From: Candidatus Thorarchaeota archaeon
GTDB lineage: Archaea; Asgardarchaeota; Thorarchaeia; Thorarchaeales; Thorarchaeaceae
Assembly (NCBI GenBank): GCA_020348985.1
Contig: CP070761.1
Location: 1,790,931 to 1,854,930, forward strand
Direction of reading: 5' to 3'
DNA length: 64,000 nt
Position 1 is the stretch's first letter, and each line of letters opens with the position of its first letter. A model generated the notes under the pieces. It saw only the letters and a list, made by a program, of their open reading frames with translations, was not told the DNA's origin and made no database searches. Shown here piece after piece: positions 1-9,723 of the stretch. The position numbers were made by a program, and so were the translations under genes.

Positions 1-442
1 AGGGCGCCGGCGACCCAAACGGGTCTACGTCGACGTAGTCAAACCTCTTTCCCCTTGACTCGGAGATGAGGAGCAGTTTCGCATCTCCTTTCTTTGCTTC
101 ACACCGATCCTGGAAACCTAACGTCTCAATGTTTTTCGCAGCCATCTCAACAGCAGTAGGGTTTGCATCAAACATCAAAGCTTGGAAATTTCCTGGAACT
201 TCATTCAGATATCGTAGTGTTCGAACACCAGAACCTGCCAATGGCTCACAGAGAAGGTCTATCTCATTGTCTCTAATGTATGTGTGAAGGAAGATTACGG
301 AGAAATCACGATTAACTCTCATTCTTGGATTCATAAATACTGGAAGACTAGATGTTGGCTGTTGCTTATCCTCACTATAGTGGTCAACATCTGCACTTAC
401 GAAGGTAGTCTTGCCCTCCGTGTATTCTTTTGTGCGTATCAT
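1..442 (-). CDS. trm1: tRNA (guanine-26-N2)-dimethyltransferase Trm1, 5' part (runs off window start)
   Basis: Manual translation (not in ORF track): MIRTKEYTEGKT...PVFMNPRMRVNRDFS...CEPLAGSGVRTLRY...FDANP...RFDYVDVDPFGSPAP, matching the Trm1 motifs (VFxNP..NRD, SAM motif, DxDPFGS). Confidence 0.92.
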   Translation of the reverse strand, partial: MIRTKEYTEGKTTFVSADVDHYSEDKQQPTSSLPVFMNPRMRVNRDFSVIFLHTYIRDNEIDLLCEPLAGSGVRTLRYLNEVPGNFQALMFDANPTAVEMAAKNIETLGFQDRCEAKKGDAKLLLISESRGKRFDYVDVDPFGSPAP

Positions 443-551
443 CACCTAGCAATCAAAAGAACCATGGCTTTGCTAATAAGAGTGCTTCAGTGTCCAACCC
501 AGAACGTTTTAACAATGTCATGCTTGCGGTGTGAATAGGAGTTTTCTCAGC

Positions 552-1040
552 ATGACAACCAAAGTAAGAATCGAAACGAATCGTGGCACCATTGTGGCTG
601 AACTCTGGCCTGACGACGCCATAAACACAGTGAAAAACTTCGTCACATTGACACAGAAAGGGTACTACGACGGTGTTACCTTCCACCGAGTAATCGACAA
701 TTTCGTCGTTCAAGGTGGAGACCCCACTGGTACCGGAAGTGGTGGCCCGGGATATGCCATACCATGTGAGACTCGTGGTCACAGGCAGAAGCATGATGAT
801 GGGATTCTCTCGATGGCTCACGCAGGAAGAGACACCGGTGGGAGTCAGTTCTTCATTTGTCTCAGTAGAGAATCCACAAAGCATCTCGATGGCAAGCACA
901 CAGTTTTCGGGAAGGTGACCGAAGGCCTGGATGTCGTTCATGAAATAAAACAAGGCGATCAGATGTTGAAGGCTGAGGTCTTAGAGATAGATTCTTCTGT
1001 CGAAGCTCATGAGCTGAAGACACTGAAGTCCTGGCGCTAA
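552..1040 (+). CDS. ppiA: Cyclophilin-type peptidyl-prolyl cis-trans isomerase
   Basis: YYDGVTFHRVIDNFVVQGGDPTGTGSGGPG, LSMAHAGRDTGGSQFFI, HLDGKHTVFG; start placed at the ATG of MTTKV. Confidence 0.93.
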   Translation: MTTKVRIETNRGTIVAELWPDDAINTVKNFVTLTQKGYYDGVTFHRVIDNFVVQGGDPTGTGSGGPGYAIPCETRGHRQKHDDGILSMAHAGRDTGGSQFFICLSRESTKHLDGKHTVFGKVTEGLDVVHEIKQGDQMLKAEVLEIDSSVEAHELKTLKSWR

Positions 1041-1138
1041 GATTTCTTTCTTGATGTGTCCCGGTTTGGGTCACATCATCCTGCATCTTTTGCTATCCTA
1101 CAGCAAAGCCTAAATATGTCGTACTTAACGATGTTAAA

Positions 1139-3304
1139 TTGGAGTTGTTTATGTCTTCAGTCGTTTTCCTATCAGTGGCTATCTTCTCAGGCCTTCTCTC
1201 GATTCTAGTCTCAGTTCTAACCTTTCGCAGGGTCATGAAGTACGATGAAGGCGATGACAAGATGAAGAGTGTGAGCGCTCTAATCGAAGACGGCGCATAC
1301 TCATTCATCAGAATTCAATATAGAACGCTGCTGATCTTTATGGTCATTCTAGCCTTTCTGATTGCGGTGTCCTTCGATTGGCTCGGAGTTCCGATAGCAA
1401 TCTCGTATGTCCTTGGATCCCTCTCGAGCATGATTGCAGGATATGTCGGCATTATTGTCGCAACTAGGGCGAACAGAAGGACTGCATCGGCTGCCGCAGC
1501 AGGCGGTCTTAACCCTGCATTCAATGTAGCCTTTAGAGCTGGCTCAGTGATGGGTTTGATGATTGCAGGACTTGCTCTCACAGGACTTGGTTCCCTCTAT
1601 GTTGTTTGGGATTTTCTATTTCCGACCGGAAGTAGCATCGAGCTATGGGAGATTCTAACTGGGTTCTCTTTCGGGTCAAGTACAGTGTCCCTTTTTGCCA
1701 AGGCTGGAGGTGGCATTTACACGAAGACTGCTGATCTTGCCGCTGACATAGTTGGCAAAATCGAGTATAATATCCCTGAAGATGATCCAAGAAATCCGGC
1801 GGCCATTGCTGACGCTGTCGGTGACAATGTCGGTGATGTTGCTGGCACTGGTGCAGACCTCTTTGATAGCAACATTGCAGCAATCCTAGCCGCAGCAATT
1901 CTTGGAGCCGCCATAGATGTTATGCTAGCAACCCCGCTGCCATTTGGTCTATTACCTCTCTTCATCGCAGCTTTGGGAACCCTTGCATCAGTCATAGGTG
2001 TGTTCTTTGTACGTGCTTCATGTGACGAGGATAGGGTCCCTTGCGAAGCAGACCCAGGTCCCGCGTTGAACAGAGGCACCTACCTGACAACAGTGCTTTT
2101 TGCCATAATCACACTAGTCGTCATCACTATTGTGGGAATAGACCTTGTTATTGCGATAGCAGCGATACTTGGCCTACTAACCGGTGTTATCATTGGTTTC
2201 ACATCAGATGTTTTCACTAATGACAAGGGCTTGGGAGGATTCAGGCCAGTTCCCAACATGGTCGACTCAGCAGAGAAGAGCGCAGCCAATCTAATTCTAT
2301 CAGGCTACTCGTACGGCCTTCTAAGTGCAGTTCCATCTGTTCTGATAATTGCCATTGCCTTGGTTGGTTCATTTACACTAGGATCATTGACAACCTCACC
2401 GGGGCTCGGCGGATGGCAAGGAGGATTATATCTCGTTGCAATTGCTGCAGTTGGTCTGCTTTCCACAAATGGTATGGTCATGAGTTCTGACACCTATGGC
2501 CCAATAGTTGACAATGCCAGAGGCGTAATCGAACAATCTGATGCAGCAAGGAATGCGATAATCGTCGCCGACCGGCTGGATGCTAGCGGGAATACTGCGA
2601 AGGCGATTACAAAAGGATTCACTATTGGCGCCTCGGCAATATCAGTTCTCGCACTATTTGCTGCTTTCATTCAATCTGCCCGAGATTTTGTTGGAGCTGA
2701 TATTGTCGTCAATTTCGCAGACCCATTCATTCTGTCTGGTGCCTTCATAGGAGCACTTGTTCCTACCGCCTTCTCTGCAATATTGATTCTTGGAGTAGGA
2801 CGAAACTCAGAACGAATGATAGCCGAGATACGTCGACAATTTCACGAGGACCCTGGCATCCTCGAAGGAAACTCCAGTCCTGACTACGACCGATGCATTG
2901 GACTGGCCACATCAGGAGCTATCAGAGAGTTACTTCCTGGCACGGTCATTGCAGTCGTTGTCACTATATTGACAGGTGCTGTCTTGGGTTTGGAAGCACT
3001 TGCCGGTTACCTAGGAGGTGCTGTAATAGTTGGACTCATCATGGCACTCCTGATGGATAATGCGGGTGGAGCTTGGGACAATGCAAAGAAGATTATCGAA
3101 TCACCTGTATCACCCATCCCAAGTGACGACCCACGATACATAGAGTATCATAATAATGCAGTTCTAGGAGACATGGTTGGTGATCCATTCAAGGACACAG
3201 CGGGGCCCAGCATCAATACGCTTCTCAGTGTCATCTCACTTACGGCCATTCTGTTCCTACCCCTGATTTGGGCAGCTCACGTCTGGTTGATTGGTCTATT
3301 ATGA
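1139..3304 (+). CDS. hppA: Membrane-integral pyrophosphatase (probably K+-independent H+-PPase)
   Basis: GGGIYTKTADLAADIVGKIEYNIPEDDPRNP, DAVGDNVGD, GNTAKA (Lys at the K+-dependence determinant), GGAWDNAKK, GDMVGDPFKDTAGP; many TM helices; start may be ATG 1151. Confidence 0.93.
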   Translation: MELFMSSVVFLSVAIFSGLLSILVSVLTFRRVMKYDEGDDKMKSVSALIEDGAYSFIRIQYRTLLIFMVILAFLIAVSFDWLGVPIAISYVLGSLSSMIAGYVGIIVATRANRRTASAAAAGGLNPAFNVAFRAGSVMGLMIAGLALTGLGSLYVVWDFLFPTGSSIELWEILTGFSFGSSTVSLFAKAGGGIYTKTADLAADIVGKIEYNIPEDDPRNPAAIADAVGDNVGDVAGTGADLFDSNIAAILAAAILGAAIDVMLATPLPFGLLPLFIAALGTLASVIGVFFVRASCDEDRVPCEADPGPALNRGTYLTTVLFAIITLVVITIVGIDLVIAIAAILGLLTGVIIGFTSDVFTNDKGLGGFRPVPNMVDSAEKSAANLILSGYSYGLLSAVPSVLIIAIALVGSFTLGSLTTSPGLGGWQGGLYLVAIAAVGLLSTNGMVMSSDTYGPIVDNARGVIEQSDAARNAIIVADRLDASGNTAKAITKGFTIGASAISVLALFAAFIQSARDFVGADIVVNFADPFILSGAFIGALVPTAFSAILILGVGRNSERMIAEIRRQFHEDPGILEGNSSPDYDRCIGLATSGAIRELLPGTVIAVVVTILTGAVLGLEALAGYLGGAVIVGLIMALLMDNAGGAWDNAKKIIESPVSPIPSDDPRYIEYHNNAVLGDMVGDPFKDTAGPSINTLLSVISLTAILFLPLIWAAHVWLIGLL

Positions 3305-3379
3305 TACTGGACATCTCTGTCCAATCAGACGATTTATGGGGGGCCAATTTACAGAGCCAAACCAGAGGTGGGAATCCCT

Positions 3380-4270
3380 ATGCCCCTTAGGTTTGGTATA
3401 GAATATCCCAGATTCGAAGACACCTTGCCACGCATCTTCACTGACGGTGTTCTAGACATCAGTCGACTCGATGCCGTTGAGATAATGAGAGAGAAGGTTG
3501 GACTTGGATACGAAGTAATAGAAGTCACACTGGATTTCGCTAGCATCCTCCCAACTGTTCTGACGCCAGAGTCTGTCCAGAAGCTCGCAGATCTGAAGGA
3601 CGAATTGAAACACTCGTATACAGTGCATCTTCCCCTCTGGTCGGTCGAACCCGCTACTTTCAACGAAGAAGTTCGAAAAGGCAGCGTTGACAGCACTGTG
3701 AATGCCATTGAGTTAGCCGAACCATTGGATCCAGAGACATACGTACTTCACGCAACCGGTTCCCTTGGCGCCGAATTCTCACGCCTGAATTTTTCACCGG
3801 ATGCCGTTGACTTGATCTGCATGTACATGACGACATATGCTTCAACCAGTCTGGAGGAGATAATAGCAAAGTCAGAGATTGACACGAAGAAACTGGCACT
3901 GGAGAATGTGGAGTTTCCATTCAGATTCACGAGGGAGCTAGCCGACGAATATGACACGGGCATTTGCTTTGATACAGGTCATCTAATGGCGAGGTACTCA
4001 GGTGACGAGTCCCTTTCGGAATTCTACAAAACACACAAGGATAGAATCATTGAGATACATCTACAAGATGGCTTCTACGGAGTAAAGAATGATGCAATAG
4101 TAAAGGATGATCACATACCAATAGGACGGGGTCAAATGCCGGTCAGAGAGTTTATGATGGAACTTGTGAAAGACAGATTCAAGAAGCCGGTAGTATTCGA
4201 GCTCACTGCCACGGAAGCAGAAGAGTCCAAGCAACACCTCAGGGAAGTTGTTCCCGAGGTTTTCGCCTAA
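3380..4270 (+). CDS. Sugar-phosphate isomerase/AP endonuclease 2 TIM-barrel protein (possibly CbiR-like phosphodiesterase)
   Basis: Metal-binding motifs TVHLP, VLHATG, LALENV, ICFDTGH, EIHLQD, DHIPIG, VFEL. Confidence 0.75.
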   Translation: MPLRFGIEYPRFEDTLPRIFTDGVLDISRLDAVEIMREKVGLGYEVIEVTLDFASILPTVLTPESVQKLADLKDELKHSYTVHLPLWSVEPATFNEEVRKGSVDSTVNAIELAEPLDPETYVLHATGSLGAEFSRLNFSPDAVDLICMYMTTYASTSLEEIIAKSEIDTKKLALENVEFPFRFTRELADEYDTGICFDTGHLMARYSGDESLSEFYKTHKDRIIEIHLQDGFYGVKNDAIVKDDHIPIGRGQMPVREFMMELVKDRFKKPVVFELTATEAEESKQHLREVVPEVFA

Positions 4271-4327
4271 GCCAAGATTTCTTGTCACAATCTTTTTATC
4301 CGGACCAAGCGTGCACCTTCCGTGCAT

Positions 4328-4431
4328 GGGCCTGTGGCATAGCCTGGAAAAACCACGTGATGGTTTTGGGATCTTATTGCGCCGCTCTGATAAGGCGGAT
4401 GTCGGGTGTTCAAATCACCCCAGGCCCACCA
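4328..4431 (+). tRNA. tRNA-Ile(GAU) with a ~26-28 nt intron in the D-loop; CCA encoded
   Basis: Acceptor GGGCCTG/CAGGCCC-ACCA; anticodon arm CCGCT-CTGATAA-GGCGG; T arm GGGTG-TTCAAAT-CACCC; extra sequence ~4348-4373 with hairpin AAAACCA/TGGTTTT inside the D-loop. Confidence 0.88.
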
Positions 4432-4717
4432 TAATTCTTTCGAATCAACGTAGCCATGTTCCTAGGACTGTCTGATTCGGAAGCCCTCTTGCCGTAGTAT
4501 GCGAAACACACTCATCTTCGCTTTCGTTCTCTGCCGTCTACTAAATTCATTCTAGTCTCCCGTTCCACTGAGGCTCAATGGCACCCCTCGTGGTCCGACA
4601 TATGGCTGATCTTCTATGGTAGGCTTTGGAATTGTGATAGAGACAGAGCAAAACATGAAAACTCACTTAAGCAGTCGAGAGGGATTTTGCCCTAGACTCG
4701 GTCTTGAGTGATGAGCT

Positions 4718-5422
4718 TTGGGTCTAGGCAGAGATGAAGCCACAAACGCGAATGTAGCAAAGAAGTATACACCTGCGATAGTTGGCCTTGTTATGTTTGC
4801 TGTTGCGCTTCTAGGTCCTGCGGGCATAGCAATAGCTGGCTCCAGAGAGATTCTCGTCGACATCCTAGCCATGTCATGGCATTGGAACATCAGGGGCGGA
4901 CTCATAATATATACACCATTCATGTGGTTTCAGACTCTTCCTATCAATGGCTTCAGATTCTGGCTTGCCTTCGAATTACTCAGGCACTACCAACGAAGGG
5001 TCACATTTCGGCGTGTGAAATGGGCGGCTGTTGCGAGTGAGGCGCCATATATTCTTATGACCATCTTCTACATGATTATGTTCTTTCGATTATCACCCTC
5101 CTTTTACATTGCTATTGTTGGGCCATCTCTGGTGCTTCCATTCACTGGATGGGTCTTGATGAAGGTAAAACCACCTCCTCGGGAACCAGAGATTTGGGAT
5201 GGGCTTCCGGACACAGACTCTTGGTGGGACCAAACCAGAGACCCCCCTCTGAACGAGGCTCCTCAAGATATTTCCGCAGATAAGGCGGATGTCGGGTGTT
5301 CAAATCACCCCAGGCCCACCACTCAGTTTCTGACTGGTTCTCCTTCTATCAATGCCACTAGAAACCCAGGAGCGATTCCCTCTTGGCCACTGAATCGAGC
5401 ATTCCTCCGCCATCAACATTGA
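4718..5422 (+). CDS. Multi-pass membrane protein of unknown function; reading frame runs through the tRNA duplicate
   Basis: About 4 hydrophobic segments, then a Pro/Trp-rich tail (PPPREPEIWD); start uncertain; the last ~47 codons are encoded by the tRNA repeat and the SDR overlap. Confidence 0.6.
   Translation: MGLGRDEATNANVAKKYTPAIVGLVMFAVALLGPAGIAIAGSREILVDILAMSWHWNIRGGLIIYTPFMWFQTLPINGFRFWLAFELLRHYQRRVTFRRVKWAAVASEAPYILMTIFYMIMFFRLSPSFYIAIVGPSLVLPFTGWVLMKVKPPPREPEIWDGLPDTDSWWDQTRDPPLNEAPQDISADKADVGCSNHPRPTTQFLTGSPSINATRNPGAIPSWPLNRAFLRHQH
5279..5321 (+). repeat. Exact 43-bp duplicate of the tRNA-Ile 3' half (att-like direct repeat with 4389-4431)
   Basis: gataaggcggatgtcgggtgttcaaatcaccccaggcccacca occurs at both 4389-4431 and 5279-5321. 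Confidence 0.95.
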
Positions 5423-6164
5423 TCACTTCACCAACAATGTAGCTTGCAGCATCCGAGGCCAAGAACAGAATAGTCTCCGCGATATCCTCAGGTTCCCCGA
5501 CTCGCTTCAGAGGCACTTCTACCTCAACATAGCGCGCAACTTTCTCAAGTGTCCATCCAGTGGCCTGTTCTGCCATTTCCTCAGGCTCCCATGTCCTAAT
5601 CAGTCCCGGAGTGATACAGTTCACGTTGATACCGAAGGGAGCTAGGTCTCCTGCGAGACCTTTCGTCAAACCAATCATGCCTGCCTTACTGGCTGGGTAT
5701 TGGACGCCAGATGACAGACTGCCATTAATCCCAGCGCCACTTGAAATGTTGATTATCTTGCCCGACTTCTGTGGAATCATCTTCTCGGCTACGGCCTTTG
5801 AACAATTGAAAGCTCCTGTCAAATTCACTGCAATTACTCGATCCCAAGTCTCTTGAGCTGTTTCGGTCACAATTGCATACCCTCCAGAAACATAGGCATT
5901 GTTCACAAGCACGTCGATGCGCCCGAATGTGCCGAACACCCGTTGAACCATGGCATCTACTGCATCCTTGTTGGACACATCTACCGTGAAAGCTGTTGCC
6001 TTGAGGTCTTCAGCCTTGATTTCGGCTGCAACTTTCTCTGCTCCTTCGCCGTTGATGTCTACAATAACTGCGGTTGCTCCTCTTCTTGCAAACATCCACG
6101 CAGTTGTCTCGCCAATTCCACGAGCTGCACCAGTTACAATTGCCACTTTGCCTGTAAAATCCAA
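5358..6164 (-). CDS. SDR family oxidoreductase (FabG-like)
   Basis: TGAARGIG, DVLVNNA, YPASKAG, NVNCITPG, GEVINVDGG. Confidence 0.9.
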   Translation of the reverse strand: MDFTGKVAIVTGAARGIGETTAWMFARRGATAVIVDINGEGAEKVAAEIKAEDLKATAFTVDVSNKDAVDAMVQRVFGTFGRIDVLVNNAYVSGGYAIVTETAQETWDRVIAVNLTGAFNCSKAVAEKMIPQKSGKIINISSGAGINGSLSSGVQYPASKAGMIGLTKGLAGDLAPFGINVNCITPGLIRTWEPEEMAEQATGWTLEKVARYVEVEVPLKRVGEPEDIAETILFLASDAASYIVGEVINVDGGGMLDSVAKRESLLGF

Positions 6165-6374
6165 CTCTCTGTCTCCTTGTCTTTTCGTATAGGTGCCACA
6201 ATCCGCTATTAGAAAATAACTCCCTGTCCAGACTTCTCAGATATCCAATCCATTTCGATAGATACGAAGGTTGCTCAGCTTGCGGCGAGTGAGAAAAACC
6301 CGGCAAAGAGACGCAGACTAGCTCCTACTATCCAAATGCTAATCTGCGGAAGTGACAGAGCCTCTCCGAAGAGA

Positions 6375-6842
6375 ATGCCCGCGGATGAACACAAGAACGG
6401 TTCTAGTTTCGGTGACTTGGCCAGCAAGCTCGAGTCTGCCATGACCGAAGGCACTTCCGATTCTTTAGCAAATGGTCAGTTGAATGATCTTAGTGATCCT
6501 GAGTTCATGGAAGAGGTTAGAAAGGCAAAAACTGCGATTGTCATGTTCTATCGCACCATGTGCCCTTACTGCAAACAACTTGAGCCATTGCTAAGAGACC
6601 TTGCTAAGGACTATGAATCAAAGGTCTACTTCGCACGTGTCAATGTTGATGTTGTCACAGGTGCAAGAAGCGAATTCAGGATTCTGGGCGTACCAGTCAC
6701 TGCAGCTTTCAAGAAGGGCACTCTCGCGGCGAGAGTTGACGGACTGAAGGGAACAGATGATTTCGGCTCCTGGGTGGAGAGCATTCACATGGGAATCAAA
6801 CCCATGTCCATGGATAGGGGTCCAACTTCTGAGATCTCATGA
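6375..6842 (+). CDS. Thioredoxin family protein
   Basis: CPYC active site, FARVNVD, cis-Pro GVP; start uncertain. Confidence 0.85.
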   Translation: MPADEHKNGSSFGDLASKLESAMTEGTSDSLANGQLNDLSDPEFMEEVRKAKTAIVMFYRTMCPYCKQLEPLLRDLAKDYESKVYFARVNVDVVTGARSEFRILGVPVTAAFKKGTLAARVDGLKGTDDFGSWVESIHMGIKPMSMDRGPTSEIS

Positions 6843-6918
6843 TTCTCAGACCCCTCGCGGCATTGATGAACATCTTTAATTGTTGTCTGCAAAGCGACCG
6901 GTTGAGGTCAGAGTCCAG

Positions 6919-7740
6919 ATGGATGAAGGCAATCGAACAGGACTCGTGAGCCTAGACGATGTTGACAACGATATGGCTCGCAAGAGAATGGAAGGACTGC
7001 TGAAGGAATCCCATGTTCTTGGCATCATGGTCTGGGGCAGCAAAGCTACAGGATTTGGAACCCCCGACACAGACTGGGACGCACTCATCTATGTTACCGA
7101 TTCCTACTATGAATCACTTGACATAATGGACACCATCTGGCTCGAGTATGACGAATCCGTCGAACCGAAGAAGCTAGTCATCGATTTCTCGCCGATTTCG
7201 GATGCATGGTTCGAGCAGCAATTAGAGTCTCCTTTGGATATTGACCACTTCCCGTATGTAGAAGGAGTTGTTCTGTATGACCCCACAGGCCAACTAGAAG
7301 ACTGGAGACAGAGGCTTGCTAGATATCCAGAGGAAGAGCACCTTGATCGACTCAAGAATAAGTACTTCCTAATGCGTGGGTCTTTTGGTGCCGGTCTCGT
7401 TGATGACAAGAGAGGTTTCGACATCGATGCAAGGCTAAACCTCTATCGTTCTGTTATTGCAGGTGTCAATCTCTGGTTTACTATCAAGAAATCTTGGACC
7501 CCGCCTCTCAAATGGTGGTCACGTTGGGCAAAGAGAATGGGAATGACAGATCAAACGTATGAGAAATTCTGTACTGCGATTCAAGATACTACCGTTGACA
7601 ATGTAAGAGATCTAATGACCCATCTGACTGAGATGATTGTAGCTGAGGGATTTGACTTCCCAAACGACGCGTTGAAGACGTTCTTAGAAACGATTCATAC
7701 CGAAGGGCGCCCTGCACAAATCAGGCATTCCTACATGTGA
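6919..7740 (+). CDS. Pol-beta superfamily nucleotidyltransferase with C-terminal helical domain
   Basis: hGS...DxD motif (VWGSKATGFGTPDTDWD), G.VLYDPTG; start uncertain (6880-6943). Confidence 0.75.
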   Translation: MDEGNRTGLVSLDDVDNDMARKRMEGLLKESHVLGIMVWGSKATGFGTPDTDWDALIYVTDSYYESLDIMDTIWLEYDESVEPKKLVIDFSPISDAWFEQQLESPLDIDHFPYVEGVVLYDPTGQLEDWRQRLARYPEEEHLDRLKNKYFLMRGSFGAGLVDDKRGFDIDARLNLYRSVIAGVNLWFTIKKSWTPPLKWWSRWAKRMGMTDQTYEKFCTAIQDTTVDNVRDLMTHLTEMIVAEGFDFPNDALKTFLETIHTEGRPAQIRHSYM

Positions 7741-7751
7741 GCAGATTCGAC

Positions 7752-9641
7752 TCACAAATGAAGGATGAATGTGTACTGGTCATCCTCCATGCTCAATTTG
7801 CTCTCAATCACCTTGCCAGTGCGATGCAGGAAGTTGATCATCGGCACGTTCTTGGGGTGGACGTGTGCTACGAAAGCTCCTACCCCTTTGCTTTTTGCGA
7901 TCCGCATCAAGTGTCCGAGCAGGTACGTACCTATGCCAATATTCTGATAGCCATCTTGTACCAGCAGGGCGAATTCTGCTCTGTTTGTGCTCCTGTGAAG
8001 TAGATATCTTCCAGCAGCCACAATCCTTTCACAATCCTCTTCTTCTTTGATTACGCCAACAACTGAGATGTCTGATTCTTGATCTACGTAATAGAAATCC
8101 TGCAAGGTCTGCCTACGCAGCGCCTTCAGTGGAGTCAAGAACCTGAAGAAAATGGAGTCTTCACTAAGTCCATAGAAGAGGTCCTTCACTCGGTCGGTGT
8201 CGTCTGGACGAATCAGTCGAAATTCAACTGCAAATTGTCCTTCTGGACCTTCAAACGATTCCTGGACCTCATATTCAGTTGGGAAGTAGGTTCCTCTAGC
8301 CAAGAATGGGACCTGATCTTCGAACACATAGTGCAGGATTTTCGCGGCTTCAAGCAATTCGTTTCTGTAATCTGGATGAGCAATCGCAATCAGTGACAGT
8401 ACCCTCTCACGGATTGTCCTACCTCTTAGAGTCGCCATTCCATATTCGGTGATTACTACGTCTACGTCTCCTCTTGTTGTCACAACACCTGCGCCTTCAC
8501 TCAGTCTTGGAACAATCCGCGAAACTGTTCCATCAAGTGCAGTAGACTTTAAGCAAATAATGGCCTTCCCGCCCTCTGATCTTGCTGCGCCACGAATGAA
8601 ATCTACTTGTCCACCAATTCCACTATAGAACCTGTGACCAATTGAGTCGGCACACACTTGTCCGGTCAAATCCACTTCTAATGCAGAGTTGATTGCAATC
8701 ATCTTTGTGTTCTGTGAGATTATGTATGGGTCGTTCACATACGCTGTATCCCTGAATTCGAACATTGGATTGTTCTTAACGTAGTCGTAAAGCCTCTTTG
8801 TACCCATGGCGAAACTCGTTGTCACCTTACCAATGTTGATGGACTTCTTCTTGTTTGTTACAATCCCGTTCTCGATCAGATCTATCACACTATCGCTGAA
8901 CATCTCGGTATGAATCCCTAGGTCACAAAGCTCTGACTCTAAGAGACTGTTTGTCACTGCCTGCGCCAGAGTTCCAATTCCCAGCTCCAGGGTGGATTCA
9001 TTCTCTATCAGTCTTGCCGCGTAGCTTCCAATCAGCTTGGTCCTCTCGCTAACGTCAGGACATTCGAACTCGAGAAGCGGTTCATTGTGTAAGACCAGAA
9101 AATCAAGGTCTCGTACATTCACATAGGAATCTCCCTGAGTTACGGGCATGCGTTCATTTACTTGAGCAATGACCATGTCTGCACTCTCTGCCGCACTCTT
9201 GGTGATATCGACAGAGATGCCAAGGGAACAGTAACCATACTCATCCGGTGGGCTGACTTGAATGAGTGCCACATCAAGTGGTATTCTACGTTTCCTGAAG
9301 AAAACAGGAACATCAGATAAAGGGGCCGGGGTGTAATCTGCTCTGCCTTGAGCTACGGCCTCGCGTATATTGTCAGAGACGAAGAAGGTGTTATGTCTGA
9401 ACTGAGTCTGGAACTCTGACTCAGCTGATGGCGTATTCCCAAGAGTCAACATGTGGACAATCTCATTGTCGGCCATCTGGTCTGCTTGCTTTGCCAGTTC
9501 GTCTACAAGATGCTGGGGGACACCACACCCAGTTCCCAAGAATATCCGAGTACCACGCTTGATCTTTCGTATTGCATCCGGTGCACTCAGTATCTTGTTC
9601 TTGTGTTTCTCAGTCCATTCTGCTGAGGCCATCCAAGCCAC
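7752..9641 (-). CDS. Acetyl-CoA hydrolase/family I CoA-transferase fused to a C-terminal Pat-like GNAT domain (paralog B)
   Basis: GRADYTP, LDVALIQVSPPD, LGIHTEM, NSALEVDLTGQVCADSIG, GIGGQVDF; C-term IRPDD...FRF...AEFALLVQDGYQNIGIG. Confidence 0.9.
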   Translation of the reverse strand: MAWMASAEWTEKHKNKILSAPDAIRKIKRGTRIFLGTGCGVPQHLVDELAKQADQMADNEIVHMLTLGNTPSAESEFQTQFRHNTFFVSDNIREAVAQGRADYTPAPLSDVPVFFRKRRIPLDVALIQVSPPDEYGYCSLGISVDITKSAAESADMVIAQVNERMPVTQGDSYVNVRDLDFLVLHNEPLLEFECPDVSERTKLIGSYAARLIENESTLELGIGTLAQAVTNSLLESELCDLGIHTEMFSDSVIDLIENGIVTNKKKSINIGKVTTSFAMGTKRLYDYVKNNPMFEFRDTAYVNDPYIISQNTKMIAINSALEVDLTGQVCADSIGHRFYSGIGGQVDFIRGAARSEGGKAIICLKSTALDGTVSRIVPRLSEGAGVVTTRGDVDVVITEYGMATLRGRTIRERVLSLIAIAHPDYRNELLEAAKILHYVFEDQVPFLARGTYFPTEYEVQESFEGPEGQFAVEFRLIRPDDTDRVKDLFYGLSEDSIFFRFLTPLKALRRQTLQDFYYVDQESDISVVGVIKEEEDCERIVAAGRYLLHRSTNRAEFALLVQDGYQNIGIGTYLLGHLMRIAKSKGVGAFVAHVHPKNVPMINFLHRTGKVIESKLSMEDDQYTFILHL

Positions 9642-9723
9642 CCAAAGACAACGAATTCACGTCGGCCCATCAACCATATAGACGTTTCCGAGCAAGGATG
9701 AACGGAATTCAGCAGAATGTCAA

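Noticed and set aside
4248-4475. ORF sharing DKADVGCSNHPRPT with 4718-5422
   Set aside because: It is a translation of the tRNA-Ile gene, not a protein paralog.
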